This document shows, one piece after another, positions 1 to 11,138 of a DNA stretch of 64,000 nucleotides. Source of the DNA: Zygnema circumcarinatum SAG 698-1b. Lineage: Eukaryota > Plantae > Zygnematophyceae. Below the pieces are notes generated by a model. The model searched no databases. It saw only the letters and a list, made by a program, of their open reading frames with translations, and had not been told where the DNA came from. The stretch's first letter is position 1, and every line of letters starts with the position of its first letter. The DNA lies in assembly GCA_037447605.1 (NCBI GenBank), contig CM074816.1, positions 248,001 to 312,000 of the forward strand. Direction: 5' to 3'. Made by a program: the position numbers and the translations under genes.

Positions 1-92
1 CCAATGCCAGAGAGCCCCCGAACATGAAAAAATCGAACTTCAGGATAAATTTAAAAATTGAATTTGAAAAATATTTCTGCTTTGGGCTCCAG

Positions 93-3000
93 AAATTTCT
101 TGTCGTGACCTGCAACTACATGGCGCGCCAACTCGGGGTCCCAAAAATGGCTTCGATTTCGACAGCTCGCCTCAAGTAGGCAACAACCCCCCCCCCCCTT
201 TTTATTTCAAGTTTAAGAAAACGCCCCTTTTGTAATTTCTTCTACTGTAGATGACGCCAAGTGCCCTCCCTCCCTCCCTTCCTCCCTCCCTCCCCTCCCC
301 TCCCCTCCCCCTCCCCTCCCCTCCCCCTCCCCTCCCCCTCTCTCTCCCCCTCCCCTCCCCTCCCCTCCCCTCCCCTCCCCCTCCCCCTCCCCTCCCCTCC
401 CTCCCCTCCTCCCTCCTCCCTCCCTCCCTCCCTCCCCCTCCCTCCCTCCTTCCCTCCTTCCCTCCTCCTCCCTCCCTCCCTCCCTCCCTCCCCTCCTCCC
501 TCCCTCCCTCCCTCCCTCCCCTCCCCTCCCCCTCCCCTCCCTCCCTCCCTCCCCTCCCCTCCCTCCCTCCCTCCCTCCCTCCCCCCCCTCCCCTCCCTCC
601 CTCCCTCCCTCCCTCCCTCCCTCCCTCCCTCCCTCATATGTGTGCCATATTTTCATTCATAAGTCTGACAGCCAATGGGAGCGCGCCAGGTGTCCCTCCC
701 TGGTCCTGGTCAACGGCGAGGACCTCACTCCGTACCGCGCTGCGAGCCGGCGAGTCATGGCGGTGATCGCCCGCTTTGGAACACTCGAAAAGTCAGAATC
801 AATACTCCAATTTGTATAATAAATACTTCAGAAAATCCGAAAAAATCTACATGAGAAATCATCATGATCACGAAAAATGCGAATTTCTATGCTTGAAAAC
901 CCTCAAGCTTCTGCAATCTGAAGATATTTTCAACTTGAATATCGAAATTGCAGAGCTCATTTTTCTGTTTCTGATTAAGAGGGAGGGGACAGAGATCTGA
1001 ACTTCTTCAACTTTTGAGCCCTTTGATTGACAAGAACGAACATTTATGACAATGGGTGCCACGTGGCAGGCTTGGATTGGACGAAGCTGTGGTTGACGTC
1101 ACTGCTGAGGTGGACGCTCGAGTGCAATTGGGCGAAAAAATAAGTCATTTTTGTGGCCACGTTTATTCCTCTCCTTTGAAAACCACCCGAGAGGGCGTGA
1201 CATCTGTCACGGATTCCTCTCCCCCTACCACCACAGAAGGAGAAGAGAGCTCTATGTCCTCCGTTCCGTTAAACGGAACGGCGGCGCATGGAACCGCCGT
1301 TGAGCTCTGTGAGGAGGATGGCTCACACGTGCGGGAGATCCGCGAGAGCGAGATCCGACTAATGGCAGGCAGCCACGTGGCAGCGGAGATTCGGGCGGCG
1401 GTGGAGAAGGAGACGGGGTATCGCTGCTCCGCCGGAATCGCTCATAATGTGAGAGAGCACTTTTTGGGTTTAAGAGATTAGGGTTATGCCCTGAACCCTA
1501 ATATGCCTCGTTTTGGGATTTTAGGGTTAGGGTTTTTGGGTACTTGGGTTTAGGGTTTTTGGGATTGTAGGGTTATAGGCTATTTAGGGTTGGGTTTTTT
1601 AGGGTTCCAAATTCTCAGGGGGAAGGTCTTTAGATTTTTCCAGGACATTTAAAGGTCGATTTTTTGTAGGGCTCTGCAGGGTTTCAGGATTTTTAGGGTT
1701 CAGGGTTTTAGAGAAGCATCAAAGTATTAGGGCATGTGGAAACATGAAGCTCAATTTTGGCAGTTTGTGCCCTCGGTTTGGGTATGGATCGCATTTCTGT
1801 TTTCTGTTTCTTTTCTTTTTGTGTTCCTTAAACTTTCTTCTTTTTGTTCGTATGTATGTGTATATATATATATATATATATAATTTTTTTCTTTTTTTTT
1901 CTGACGCAGAAAATGTTGGCCAAAATGGCTTGCGGCCTGCACAAGCCGAATGCGCAAACGACGATATCTCCAACGGAGGTCCGCGGCTACATGTCGCCGC
2001 TCTCAGTTCGCAAGGTACTCCATCTTACCGTTAATCTCAACCCTAAAAAGTGTAAATTTAAGGTTCCTAAAATCTCAAGCTTTCGAGTTGCCCGGAAAAC
2101 CTTCAGCCTTTCTCTCCCACTCTCCGTTTGTTCAAAGTGCTGATTCGATGGGAAGGATCGTTTGAGAGAGAGTGAGAGAGATAGAGGGAGAGGGAGAAGG
2201 ATATAGAGAGAGAGAGTGAACAGGGGAGGGGGGAGGGGGAGGGGGACGGAGCGAGAGAGAGATTAAAAGAGAGAGAGAGAGAGAGCGAGAGCGAGAGAGA
2301 CGGTGAGAGCAGGAAGTGGAGAAAATTTCCCTTCAGTCCATTGGTCCATTGTATGCAGTTGCCAGGTGTCGGTCACCGAATGGAAGGAATTCTAAAGGGC
2401 ATGGGAGCGGAGACAGTCGGGCAGTTGCGAAAATTTTCTCTGCAGACCCTTCAGAGCAAGTACATCCTCCATTCTTACCTTCCCAAAAACATATTTGAAA
2501 CAAAGAATAAATCCCTCGTTCCGTGATGATTTCACTCAAACCATTTGCAGTCGTCAGGGTGTTCGAGAATTCGCCGAATCATAAAAAAATTGCCGTTTCT
2601 CGACAGTTTTTTCCATAAAATTTTCTCTCTGACAAGATGCAGTTTTGTAAACTTTTCCAGGTGCGGAGAGAGAGTGGGTTTTTTTTTATATGGCGCGAGC
2701 CGAGGGATCGATCCCTCGCCGGTGCGCGACAAAGGGCCGCCGAAAAGTGTCTCTGTGGAGGACTCCCTCCAGTCCTGCTGCTCGCTCGGGCAGGCAAAGG
2801 CGAGACCCTAAAACCCTAAAACTCTAAAGCCCTAAAACTCTAAAACCCTGAAACTCTAAAACCCTAAAACTCTAAAACTCTAAAACCCTAAAACTCTAAA
2901 ACCCTAAAACTCTAAAACCCTAAAACTCTAAAACCCTAAAAACCCTAAAATTCTAAAACCCTAAAACTCTAAAACCCTAAAACTCTAAAACCCTAAAACT

Positions 3001-6000
3001 CTAAAACCCTAAAACTCTAAAACCCTAAAACTCTAAAACCCTAAAAACCCTAAAACTCTAAAACCCTAAAACTCTAAAACCCTAAAACCCTAAAAACCCT
3101 AAAATTCTAAAACCCTAAAACTCTAAAACCCTAAAACTCTAAAACCCTAAAACTCTAAAACCCTAAAACTCTAAAACCCTAAAACTCTAAAACCCTAAAA
3201 ACCCTAAAACCCTAAAAACCCTAAAACCCTAGAACCCTAAAAAACTAAAACCCTAAAACTCTAAAACCCTAAAACTCTAAAACCCAAAACCCTAAAACCC
3301 TAAATCCCGAAACCCCTGAAGCCCTAAAATGTTAAGTTCCGTTTTCAAAAAGGCTCAATCAGAGAAAGAAACTGATCTAAAACAACTACGTAGTGTTCCA
3401 ATTCCAGTAAAAGCTAACAAACAAAGACATCTGGAAAACTCGAGAGCCTTGGAACTTTCTCTCTCCCTCTCCCACTTTGTCTCTCTCTCCTTCACTCTCT
3501 TCCTCTCCTTCTCTTTTTCTTTCTCTCCCTCACCCTCTTTCTCCCTCCCTCTCACTTTCTCTCCCTCTCTGTCTTTGTTTATCTCTTTCCAAATTTTCTC
3601 TCACTCCCTCTTGTATTTTATTTTCATGTTTATTCTCATTTGTTTCTTCCGTTGCAGGCTGTTTTAGAGGTGTTGGCCCCTGACCTCGTCGCACGTGTGG
3701 AGGAGGAGAGGGAGGAGAGCGGGAGACTCCCGCGAACTCTCTCGCTCAAATGGAGGCTGAGAGGAGGGGACTGGAGGTACGTTGGAAAATATTCCTAAAT
3801 CACATCAATTGTTTTGATTTCTTTCTTTCTTTCTTTATTTATTTCTTTTCACACTATTTGGCTTGTACCACCCATTTTACCCATCGTCCCTTCAACCCCC
3901 TTCCCCCTACCCCCTTCCCCCTCTCTCCCACTTTCCCCCTCCCCTCTCTCTCCCCCCTCCCCCCTCCCACAACTCTCCCACTTTCCCCTCCCCTCTCTCC
4001 CCCTCCCCTTCCCTCCCCCCCTCCCCCTCCCCCCTCCCCCTCCCCTCCCACAACTCTCCCACTTTCCCCTCCCCTCTCTCTCCCCCTCCCCCTCCCACAA
4101 CTCTCCCACTTTCCCCTCCCCTCTCTCTCCCCCCCTCCCCCCCTCCCCCCCTCCCCCTCCCACAACTCTCCCACTTTCCCTCCCTCTCTCTCCCCCCTCC
4201 CCCTCCCCCTCCCCCTCCCACAGCTCTCCCACTTTCCCCTCCCCTCTCTCTCCCCCTCCCCCTCCCCCCTCCCCCTCCCCTCCCCCCTCCCCCTCCCCCT
4301 CCCCCTCCCCCTCCCCCTCCCCCTCCCACAACTCTCCCACTTTCCCTCTCCCTCTCTCTCCCCCTCCCCCTCCCCCTCCCCCTCCCCCTCCCCCTCCCCC
4401 TCCCCCTCCCACAACTCTCCCACTTTCCTCTCCCCTCTCTCTCCCCCTCCCCCTCCCCCTCCCCCTCCCCCTCCCCCTCCCCCTCCCCCTCCCCCTCCCC
4501 CTCCCCCTCCCACAACTCTCCCACTTTCCCTCTCCCCTCTCTCTCCCCCCTCCCCCCTTCCCCTCCCCCCTCCCCCCTCTCTCCCCGCTCCCCCTCCCTC
4601 TCCGACAGATTCTCAGGAAGCACTTCCCCAATGCCGCGTGACGTCGTGTCACGTTCGATCCCAACTTTGCGCAGAGCAGAGGTCGTGGTTCAAACGGCGA
4701 TGCAAAACATGACGCGAATTTTCGCACATAGAACGTTCGACTTTGTGGTCATCAATATTGGAGCAACAAATTTTGAGGCTGAGAGTGACGCTACAAGTTT
4801 TCAAGGGGGCGGAATTCGAAGCTTTTTAAGTCCTAAGGGTCCTCCGGCGGGCAGACCAATGAAAAAAATTTCTCCGCAAAAACTTTTGCGGGCAGCGGAT
4901 GGCGTGGGGCTGAAACAAATCGCATTGGACGAAAAAAAACCTTTTTTGGAACAATGCGTCGGGAAACGTGGAGCGAGAGCGTTGAGAGAGGGGAGAGATT
5001 TGGGGTCTCTGTCTCGAGAGAGGGAAAGGGAGGGGGAGGGGGAGGGGGAGGGGGAGAGGGAGAGGGAGAGAGAGAGGGATTGGGAGAGAGAAAGGGATTG
5101 GGAGAGGGAGGGGGAGAGGGAGAGGGAGAGGGAGGGGGAGAGGGAGTGGGAGAGGGATTGGGGGAGAGAGAGAGATTGGGAGAGGGTGGGGGAGAGGGAG
5201 AGGGAGAGGGATTGGGAGAGGGAGAGGGAGAGGGAGAGGGATTGGGAGAGGGAGAGGGATTGGGAGGGGGAGATGGAGAGGAAGAGGAGAAGGGAAGGGG
5301 AGGGGGAAAGGAGAGGAGAGGAATCGGAGGTGGTAGTGGTGGGAGGAGTGAAGGAGAGACTAGTTAGGGATAGTGTGCGGAAATGGAGTGACACAATTCT
5401 TGAAGAAGGGGAGGAGGAGGAAAATGGTGGTGATTTGGAAGGTGAGATTATCTGATCGCCTCTTTGAGGTGAAAGCAGGAAGTGAGGTTGAGATAAATCG
5501 AAATACTTTCAATATGCTCTCTCAAGTATTGAACGTCCTCTCTGTTCAGTTTTCTTATCAATTTTCTGTATTTTTTATTCTCTCGTTTTGTGTTTTATTA
5601 TTTATTTGTTGATGCAGACATGGAGGATACCGACACTTGGGCGGACCTTCAATCTTTGGAGCCTTCAAAGAACTCCGAAATTGTCCTTGTGGGGAGGAGT
5701 TCAAACACTGCAAAGGAAATAAGACCTTTTTCTGCTCTAAATTTGCAAAAAAATGAGACCAGAGAGGCCTCAGATTCTGGTTGCAAACTTCCGCAAGACT
5801 GCAAAAGTTTGAATGTTGACTTTGCCGAGGGTGAGTTTTTTGATCGCCAAAAGAGGAGCGTTTCTATGCAAAGCAGTTCGTTGCCAGTTGAGTGGAATCC
5901 GGCAACATGTGAAACCGGGCTTAGAGAAAACTGTAGAGCAATTTCCGATTTTGAACATAGAACATCTACGAGCTCTTCTCCCTCCGTTCAGAGCGCGACG

Positions 6001-6408
6001 CAACCACCAGTTAAAGAAATTTTGAAAACAGTGAGGGTTAATAATAATATAGGAGGGACAGAGTTGATGGGTCTTGAAACCAATATATTAAAAGGGGGAG
6101 TAGAATGTTTTAAGTGTGGGGAGAGAGTGTTTGGAGGGGCAGAGAGAGAGCAGGAACACAGAGACTTTCACTTGGCAGTGGAGCTGCAGAGAGAGGAGGA
6201 GAGGAGAGGTATGCGAGGGGGAGGAGAGGGGATGGAGGAGCTTTCTCAGGGGGGAGGAGGGATGGGATTTGAGAGAGTGGATGTGGGAGGGAGAGACAGA
6301 GAGTGGGGGAGACGAAGCGGGAGAGGGGGAGGTGGAGATCGGGGAAAGAGAAAGCTGAATACCTTGGATGGGTTCTTACTGAGAATGGAGGAGGGGGTCA
6401 AGAAGTGA
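93..6408 (+). CDS. POLI: Y-family translesion DNA polymerase with iota-type catalytic core, C-terminal UBZ zinc finger and PIP-like motif; 5' exon(s) lie upstream of the window
   Basis: In-frame exons 93-175, 690-791, 1070-1448, 1910-2014, 2359-2459, 2661-2799, 3658-3776, 4609-5441, 5618-6408. Motifs [75 protein letters not shown] (HhH) and [11 protein letters not shown] resemble Pol iota. C-terminus has [16 protein letters not shown] (UBZ3-like) and NTLDGFL. Confidence 0.85.
2806..3328 (+). repeat. Intronic telomere-like tandem array of alternating TAAAACCC/TAAAACTC 8-mers
   Basis: Directly visible tandem array starting just after the donor at 2800. Confidence 0.9.
3890..4600 (+). repeat. 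Intronic polypyrimidine minisatellite with recurring core CACAACTCTCCCACTTT
   Basis: About 8 copies of the core separated by C/T tracts inside intron 3777-4608. Confidence 0.8.
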
Positions 6409-6922
6409 TGAGGGCTGTGCGTGCTTAAGAACAAATCTTTGTTTTAGGGTTCAAAAGTATTACACTGCCCAAACCGCAGTTGGCGCTTTTGTAAATATGG
6501 AAATGGCAACGTTTTGAGTTTGATTCGCATACGCTAGTGGTTTCTTTTCGAGAACTCCCTTGCTCTCCTCTGTCTCCTCTACCTCCACTTTCTTCTCCCT
6601 ATATCTCCCCATCTCCCCCTCCCTTTTCTCTTTCCCTCTCCCCATCTCTCCCTCTCTCCCCCCCCTCTCCCCCTCTCTCCCACTCTCCACTCTCAACACT
6701 CCCCTCTCCCCCTCTCGCTCCCGCTCCCTCGCTCTCTTCCCTTCTGCTCTCTCCCCCCCTTCCTAAACGAACTCCGTATAGACAATCTTCAGTATTACTG
6801 AAGAAAAATCTTCCGTTCGATTTTGTGAAGTCTGACATGCCCTACCCTATATCTGACACATGCGAGCGGTCATCGAACAATCCAGCCCGTAGTGGACCCA
6901 CTATTTTCAAGTGGGCCCATTA

Positions 6923-7055
6923 GGGGGTGTCAGACTTAAAAAATTCTCGTAAGTTTGAGACCAGAACGAGTACTTTGGTGACATCGCAATACTGGCGCGG
7001 CGGAGTACTTGCAAAACTTTTTTGTTCGTAAGATTTCGTTAAGTCTGACACCCCC
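6923..7055. mobile_element. MITE with 17-bp perfect terminal inverted repeats and TA flanks
   Basis: GGGGGTGTCAGACTTAA (6923-6939) and TTAAGTCTGACACCCCC (7039-7055); TA at 6921-6922 and 7056-7057. Superfamily uncertain. Confidence 0.75.
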
Positions 7056-7086
7056 TATTATATTGATATTGATTATTATTGATTAT

Positions 7087-8111
7087 GGGTAGTGTTATTT
7101 CCACCCCTTTTTTGGATCAAAACACCCTTTCTCGGCCGGGCAGATATGAAAAACGCTAAATAATGGAAAATGCTTTTTTCACTCCTTTTTGGAATCGATA
7201 CCCACCTTTTTCCGTCGGCAGATTTTTTTTCTGCAAAAAAAGGAAAATGATATCCCGTCACCCCATTTTGAATATTTCGTCTCCCTGATTTTTTTGTTTT
7301 GAGAGAAAAAAATATCGGCCTGCCCCAATCCGCTCGGAGCGGAAGGTCCGTCCTCCACGAGATCGTTCGCGAGTACACGTGCGGTCAATCGCAGTCGTCG
7401 ATTCCCTCGCAAATCGCAACACTGCAGATCACCATTTGATCTGCAGCTTTTGGCTAGGTCCCAGCGAATGGCCCGTGCCCACGTATCCCGCCAAAGCCGT
7501 CGTCAAAGTAGGACCGTACAAATTCTGTACGGTTGCAACTTCGAGGAAACGCAAAATTTTGTACATTGAGAGCTTGGACCAATCAAAATTTGCCATGTCA
7601 AAAATATAACACGTGGCAGTTGAGGATTGGCTGGCAGATGACAATGGCGAGATCTCGGGCCGAGGGACGCGCGCACTCGCACGTTCGAACCGGCTTTGGC
7701 GGGACACGTGGGTGCTTTCCATTCGCTGGGATCGAGCCCAGCTGCAGATCGAACGGTGATCTGCCATGGTGCGATCTGCAAGGGAATCGACAGCTGCGAT
7801 TGACACGCACGTGTGAAAGATGGACACCTGCGAACGATCTCGTGGCGGACGGATCTTCAACTCCGAGCGGATTCGGGCAGACCGATGTTTTTTTCCTTCA
7901 GAAAAAAAATTCAGGGAGGCGGGATATTCAAAATGGGGTGACGGGGTGTCATTTTTCCTTGTTTAACAAAAATAAAATCTGCCGACGGAAGAAGGAGGGT
8001 ATCGTTCTAAAAAGGTGTGAAAAAAGCATTTTCCGTTTTTAATCCATTTTGAAATCTGCCCGGCCGGAAGGGGTGTTTGGATCCAAAAAAGGGGTGGAAA
8101 TAACACTACCC
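7087..8111. mobile_element. Non-autonomous foldback/MULE-like element with about 400-bp imperfect inverted arms and an 8-bp target-site duplication
   Basis: Starts GGGTAGTGTTATTTCCACCCC and ends GGGGTGGAAATAACACTACCC. Arm homology runs to about 7500 and from about 7690. TTGATTAT occurs at 7079-7086 and 8112-8119. No transposase ORF. Confidence 0.8.
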
Positions 8112-8676
8112 TTGATTATTGATTATTCATATCCGCAATGCGCGCGAAAAGTACTGTACTAGAAGTCTTTACAGTACTCGTGACTGATGACGCAGTGCGG
8201 ATCTACAAGCAGCAATTGATCCTGACGCAGTGTGGATCAACTGTGACCGGTCGGCGTAGAGGAGATCCCGACGTACAACGACTTTCAAGACAGGGTCTGA
8301 AGTGGGTAGGGAAAGACCCGAGAGGGAGAGCGAGGGGGGAAGGGAAGGGGGAGGAGAGAGAGGTAGAGCGAGCGGGAGAGGGAGAGGGAGAGAGAGCGGG
8401 AGAGGGAGAGGGAAAGGGAGAGGCAGAAGGAGAGGGAGAGAGAGGGAGAGGGAGGGAGGGAGAGGCAGAAGGAGAGGGAGAGAGAGGGAGAGGGAGGGAG
8501 AGAGGAAGAGAGAGAGGGAGAGGGAGAGAGCGTGAGAGGGAGAGGGAGAAAGAGCTGAAAGGGAGAGGGAGAAAGAGCTGAAAGGGAGAGGGAGAGGAAG
8601 AGTGAGAGGGAGAGATAGCGGCAGAGGGAAAGCAGATCGTGGCGAGAGGAGGCACAAAGCTTGAGGCTTTTGAGGA

Positions 8677-11138
8677 ATGGCTGGGGCGGCGTTGCGCGAT
8701 AAAGAAAATGCTTCTCGAGTGGAGAAGAAAGACGCAGCGTACCCTCCCGTCCCGCGTCTCCCTCTTGCACTCCTCCCGCTGCTGCTTGCGGCCCTCTCCC
8801 TCTCCCTCCCCCTGCGCGTGGCCTCACTCACACGTGCGGACATGGTCCCCTACGGCCCGGCCAGCGGCGACGCGGCGTTGCCGCGGTGCGACGACTGCTT
8901 CAAAGCGGTGACGCTGCCCGCGCCCATGGCCTTCTTCAACGGCACGTATGCGGCCCTCGCGGCCTCCACCAACGGCTACATCGGTCTGCCCTCCGCCAAC
9001 GGCGGGTCCTTTGACTTGTGCGTGGGCGCCTCCTCGCCTGCCTTCCCTGCTCCTCCTCGCGGGGCTCGCGTTCTCGAGAAGTTGTCAAAGAAGGGTCACT
9101 CTTTACACTCCCAGCAAACTCATGATGAACTCATCCGTCCATCCTTTTGGATCATCTCACGATGAATACACTCAAGCAAAATCATCAACGCATTCCTCAA
9201 CATTCTTTCTTTATTTCTTCAATTGCCTTCGTACATTTCCTTTATCTCTCTCTCTCTTCCTTCTTTCTTAGCTTCCCTGCTCTTCTTTCTCTGAGACTTT
9301 GTCTCTAGAACTCTTCGCTATGAATATCTCCTCTTTGCGTCTCTTTACCTTCTTGCGACGCTTTTCGTCTCTTTCGCGTCCTCATCGCACATTCCCCAAA
9401 GCTCTCACACGTACGGAACCCTTTCGTCCTTCGTACAGTACACTATACCGCACAGTTTCCGTACAACTACTGTGCACACATTCCATACCCCATAACCACT
9501 TCATGTTTAACAACACAATGTCCTAACAACCCGACGCATCATAACCATCACAGAAGTGGCTCGCACCATCTACTTCGCTGTTTACTGCAGATTTCCGATT
9601 TTGTCGTTATTTTCGGACTTCCCCTTGCTGAGAGTGTCAGACGATATGGAAAGCATATCCTGGGTGCATCCTTTGGTGACGACTAAAAACTAACTAACTA
9701 ACTAACTAATGAGTAAACATATGATAATTTTTTTATGTGCAGGGAAAACTGGCCCAAACCCTACATCGCTCTTTTTAATTTTGACACAGGTGAGCGATAG
9801 TCAGTTCCTGCCCTCGCAAAGATGAAATGAAACGAAATCGGATAAATGTCTTTCTTTTCGTATAGTCGTTGCAACTATCAAATGACCAGCCTTGGCAGAA
9901 TCCGCTTATTTCGAGAAACAAATTTCCACTGCGTACAAGCAACAAAGTGTCACATTAGCCAACTACTTCTCCAATTTTGCCGTCCGCTCATGGCTTATGT
10001 CACGATCACATTTCTCCGAATTTCTGTTTCCTTTTTTATTGTCTTTTTTCTCCTTTACCTGTCTTCCTTTGAAAAACTCCCATCATCTTCCTATTTCTCT
10101 CCGTCACTCGCTTGGCCTCAGACACAAGGCCCAGCGATGGAGGATATGTGCTCTACAGGACACTCAGCAGAAGCAGTAATTCGACGGTCCTCTCACGCCT
10201 CACACAGGATGTGAAGAATCTGTTTCCAACAGATTTCGAGGCTCGAAACTTTCAGCCAGACGGAGGGTTTGTGCTATCATACATCGATGTGGGATATTTC
10301 GAGTGAGTAGACATTTCACCGTTGCTGCTTTGACTCTGACAATGTATTTCGCGTCTCCATGAATTCTTCCCTACCGTCCCTCTCCTTCCATGTTTCTTCC
10401 TATTGCAAAGTTGGTCGATGTGGCGCCTTTGTGCTGCTTTGGAGACTGCATCGACCATCTTGGACTTGGTCATGCGTTCAGGTTCAATTTCTCTGAGCTT
10501 TTGGCTTTGCAGGAATGAAACAGATCTTGTGAACACCTTCCAAGTCTGGCTGGTTTGGACCTCGTCTGCGCTCGTTTCGCCTCGGACATTTTGCTGTTTT
10601 CTCTACCCTGAGGATGGACTGCAATACGACAGTAAGCGACCATTTACTCTGAATGTCGGCATCTGGAACTTCGAACTTTGAACTTTTCAAACCTCAGTTT
10701 GGGAACTTAACTCGTATTCTTGGGTTGTTTTAAAAAACTAGTAATCAAAGCCACAGCTATAGTTCCATTTTATTATTCCTAAGCGGTTACATGGCATCCT
10801 AAAATGTAAATGGCGTGTGGATGCAGCCTTTAATCCAAATTTATGTACATTCTTTGACTTCCTACTCAGCATGTATGCTGATTGCTTAAGCAGATTCTTT
10901 AGGGAATGCTGGAAGAGACGGAGAGAAGTGAGAGGAGGCGGAGTAAAGAAGTGTACGGAGGATTAAACAAATGCTTTAACGGAACCTCTAAGATGATGGG
11001 TTGCAGTCGCTAGGGTTGCAGGATACGACGCGCAAGATGATGAAAACTACGTGAATCTGCTAGAATCAATCTACGCCGGGGATCTTCCTTTCGAATCGAA
11101 TGTCAACGTTCCTGGAAAGTGGTGCTTCAAGTTCTCCG
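8677..11138 (+). other. Signal peptide and NIDO domain exon block of the mosaic gene
   Basis: Hydrophobic LPLALLPLLLAALSLSL, then PYGPASGDAALPRCDDC..FFNGTY..STNGYI, IALFNFDTDTRPSDGGYVLYR, VNTFQVWL and GYDAQD..SNVNVPGKWCF, matching the NIDO consensus in order. Confidence 0.8.

Noticed and set aside
93-6408. Labelling the polymerase as Pol eta (POLH)
   Set aside because: Only the C-terminal UBZ/PIP is eta-like; the catalytic-core motifs match iota better.
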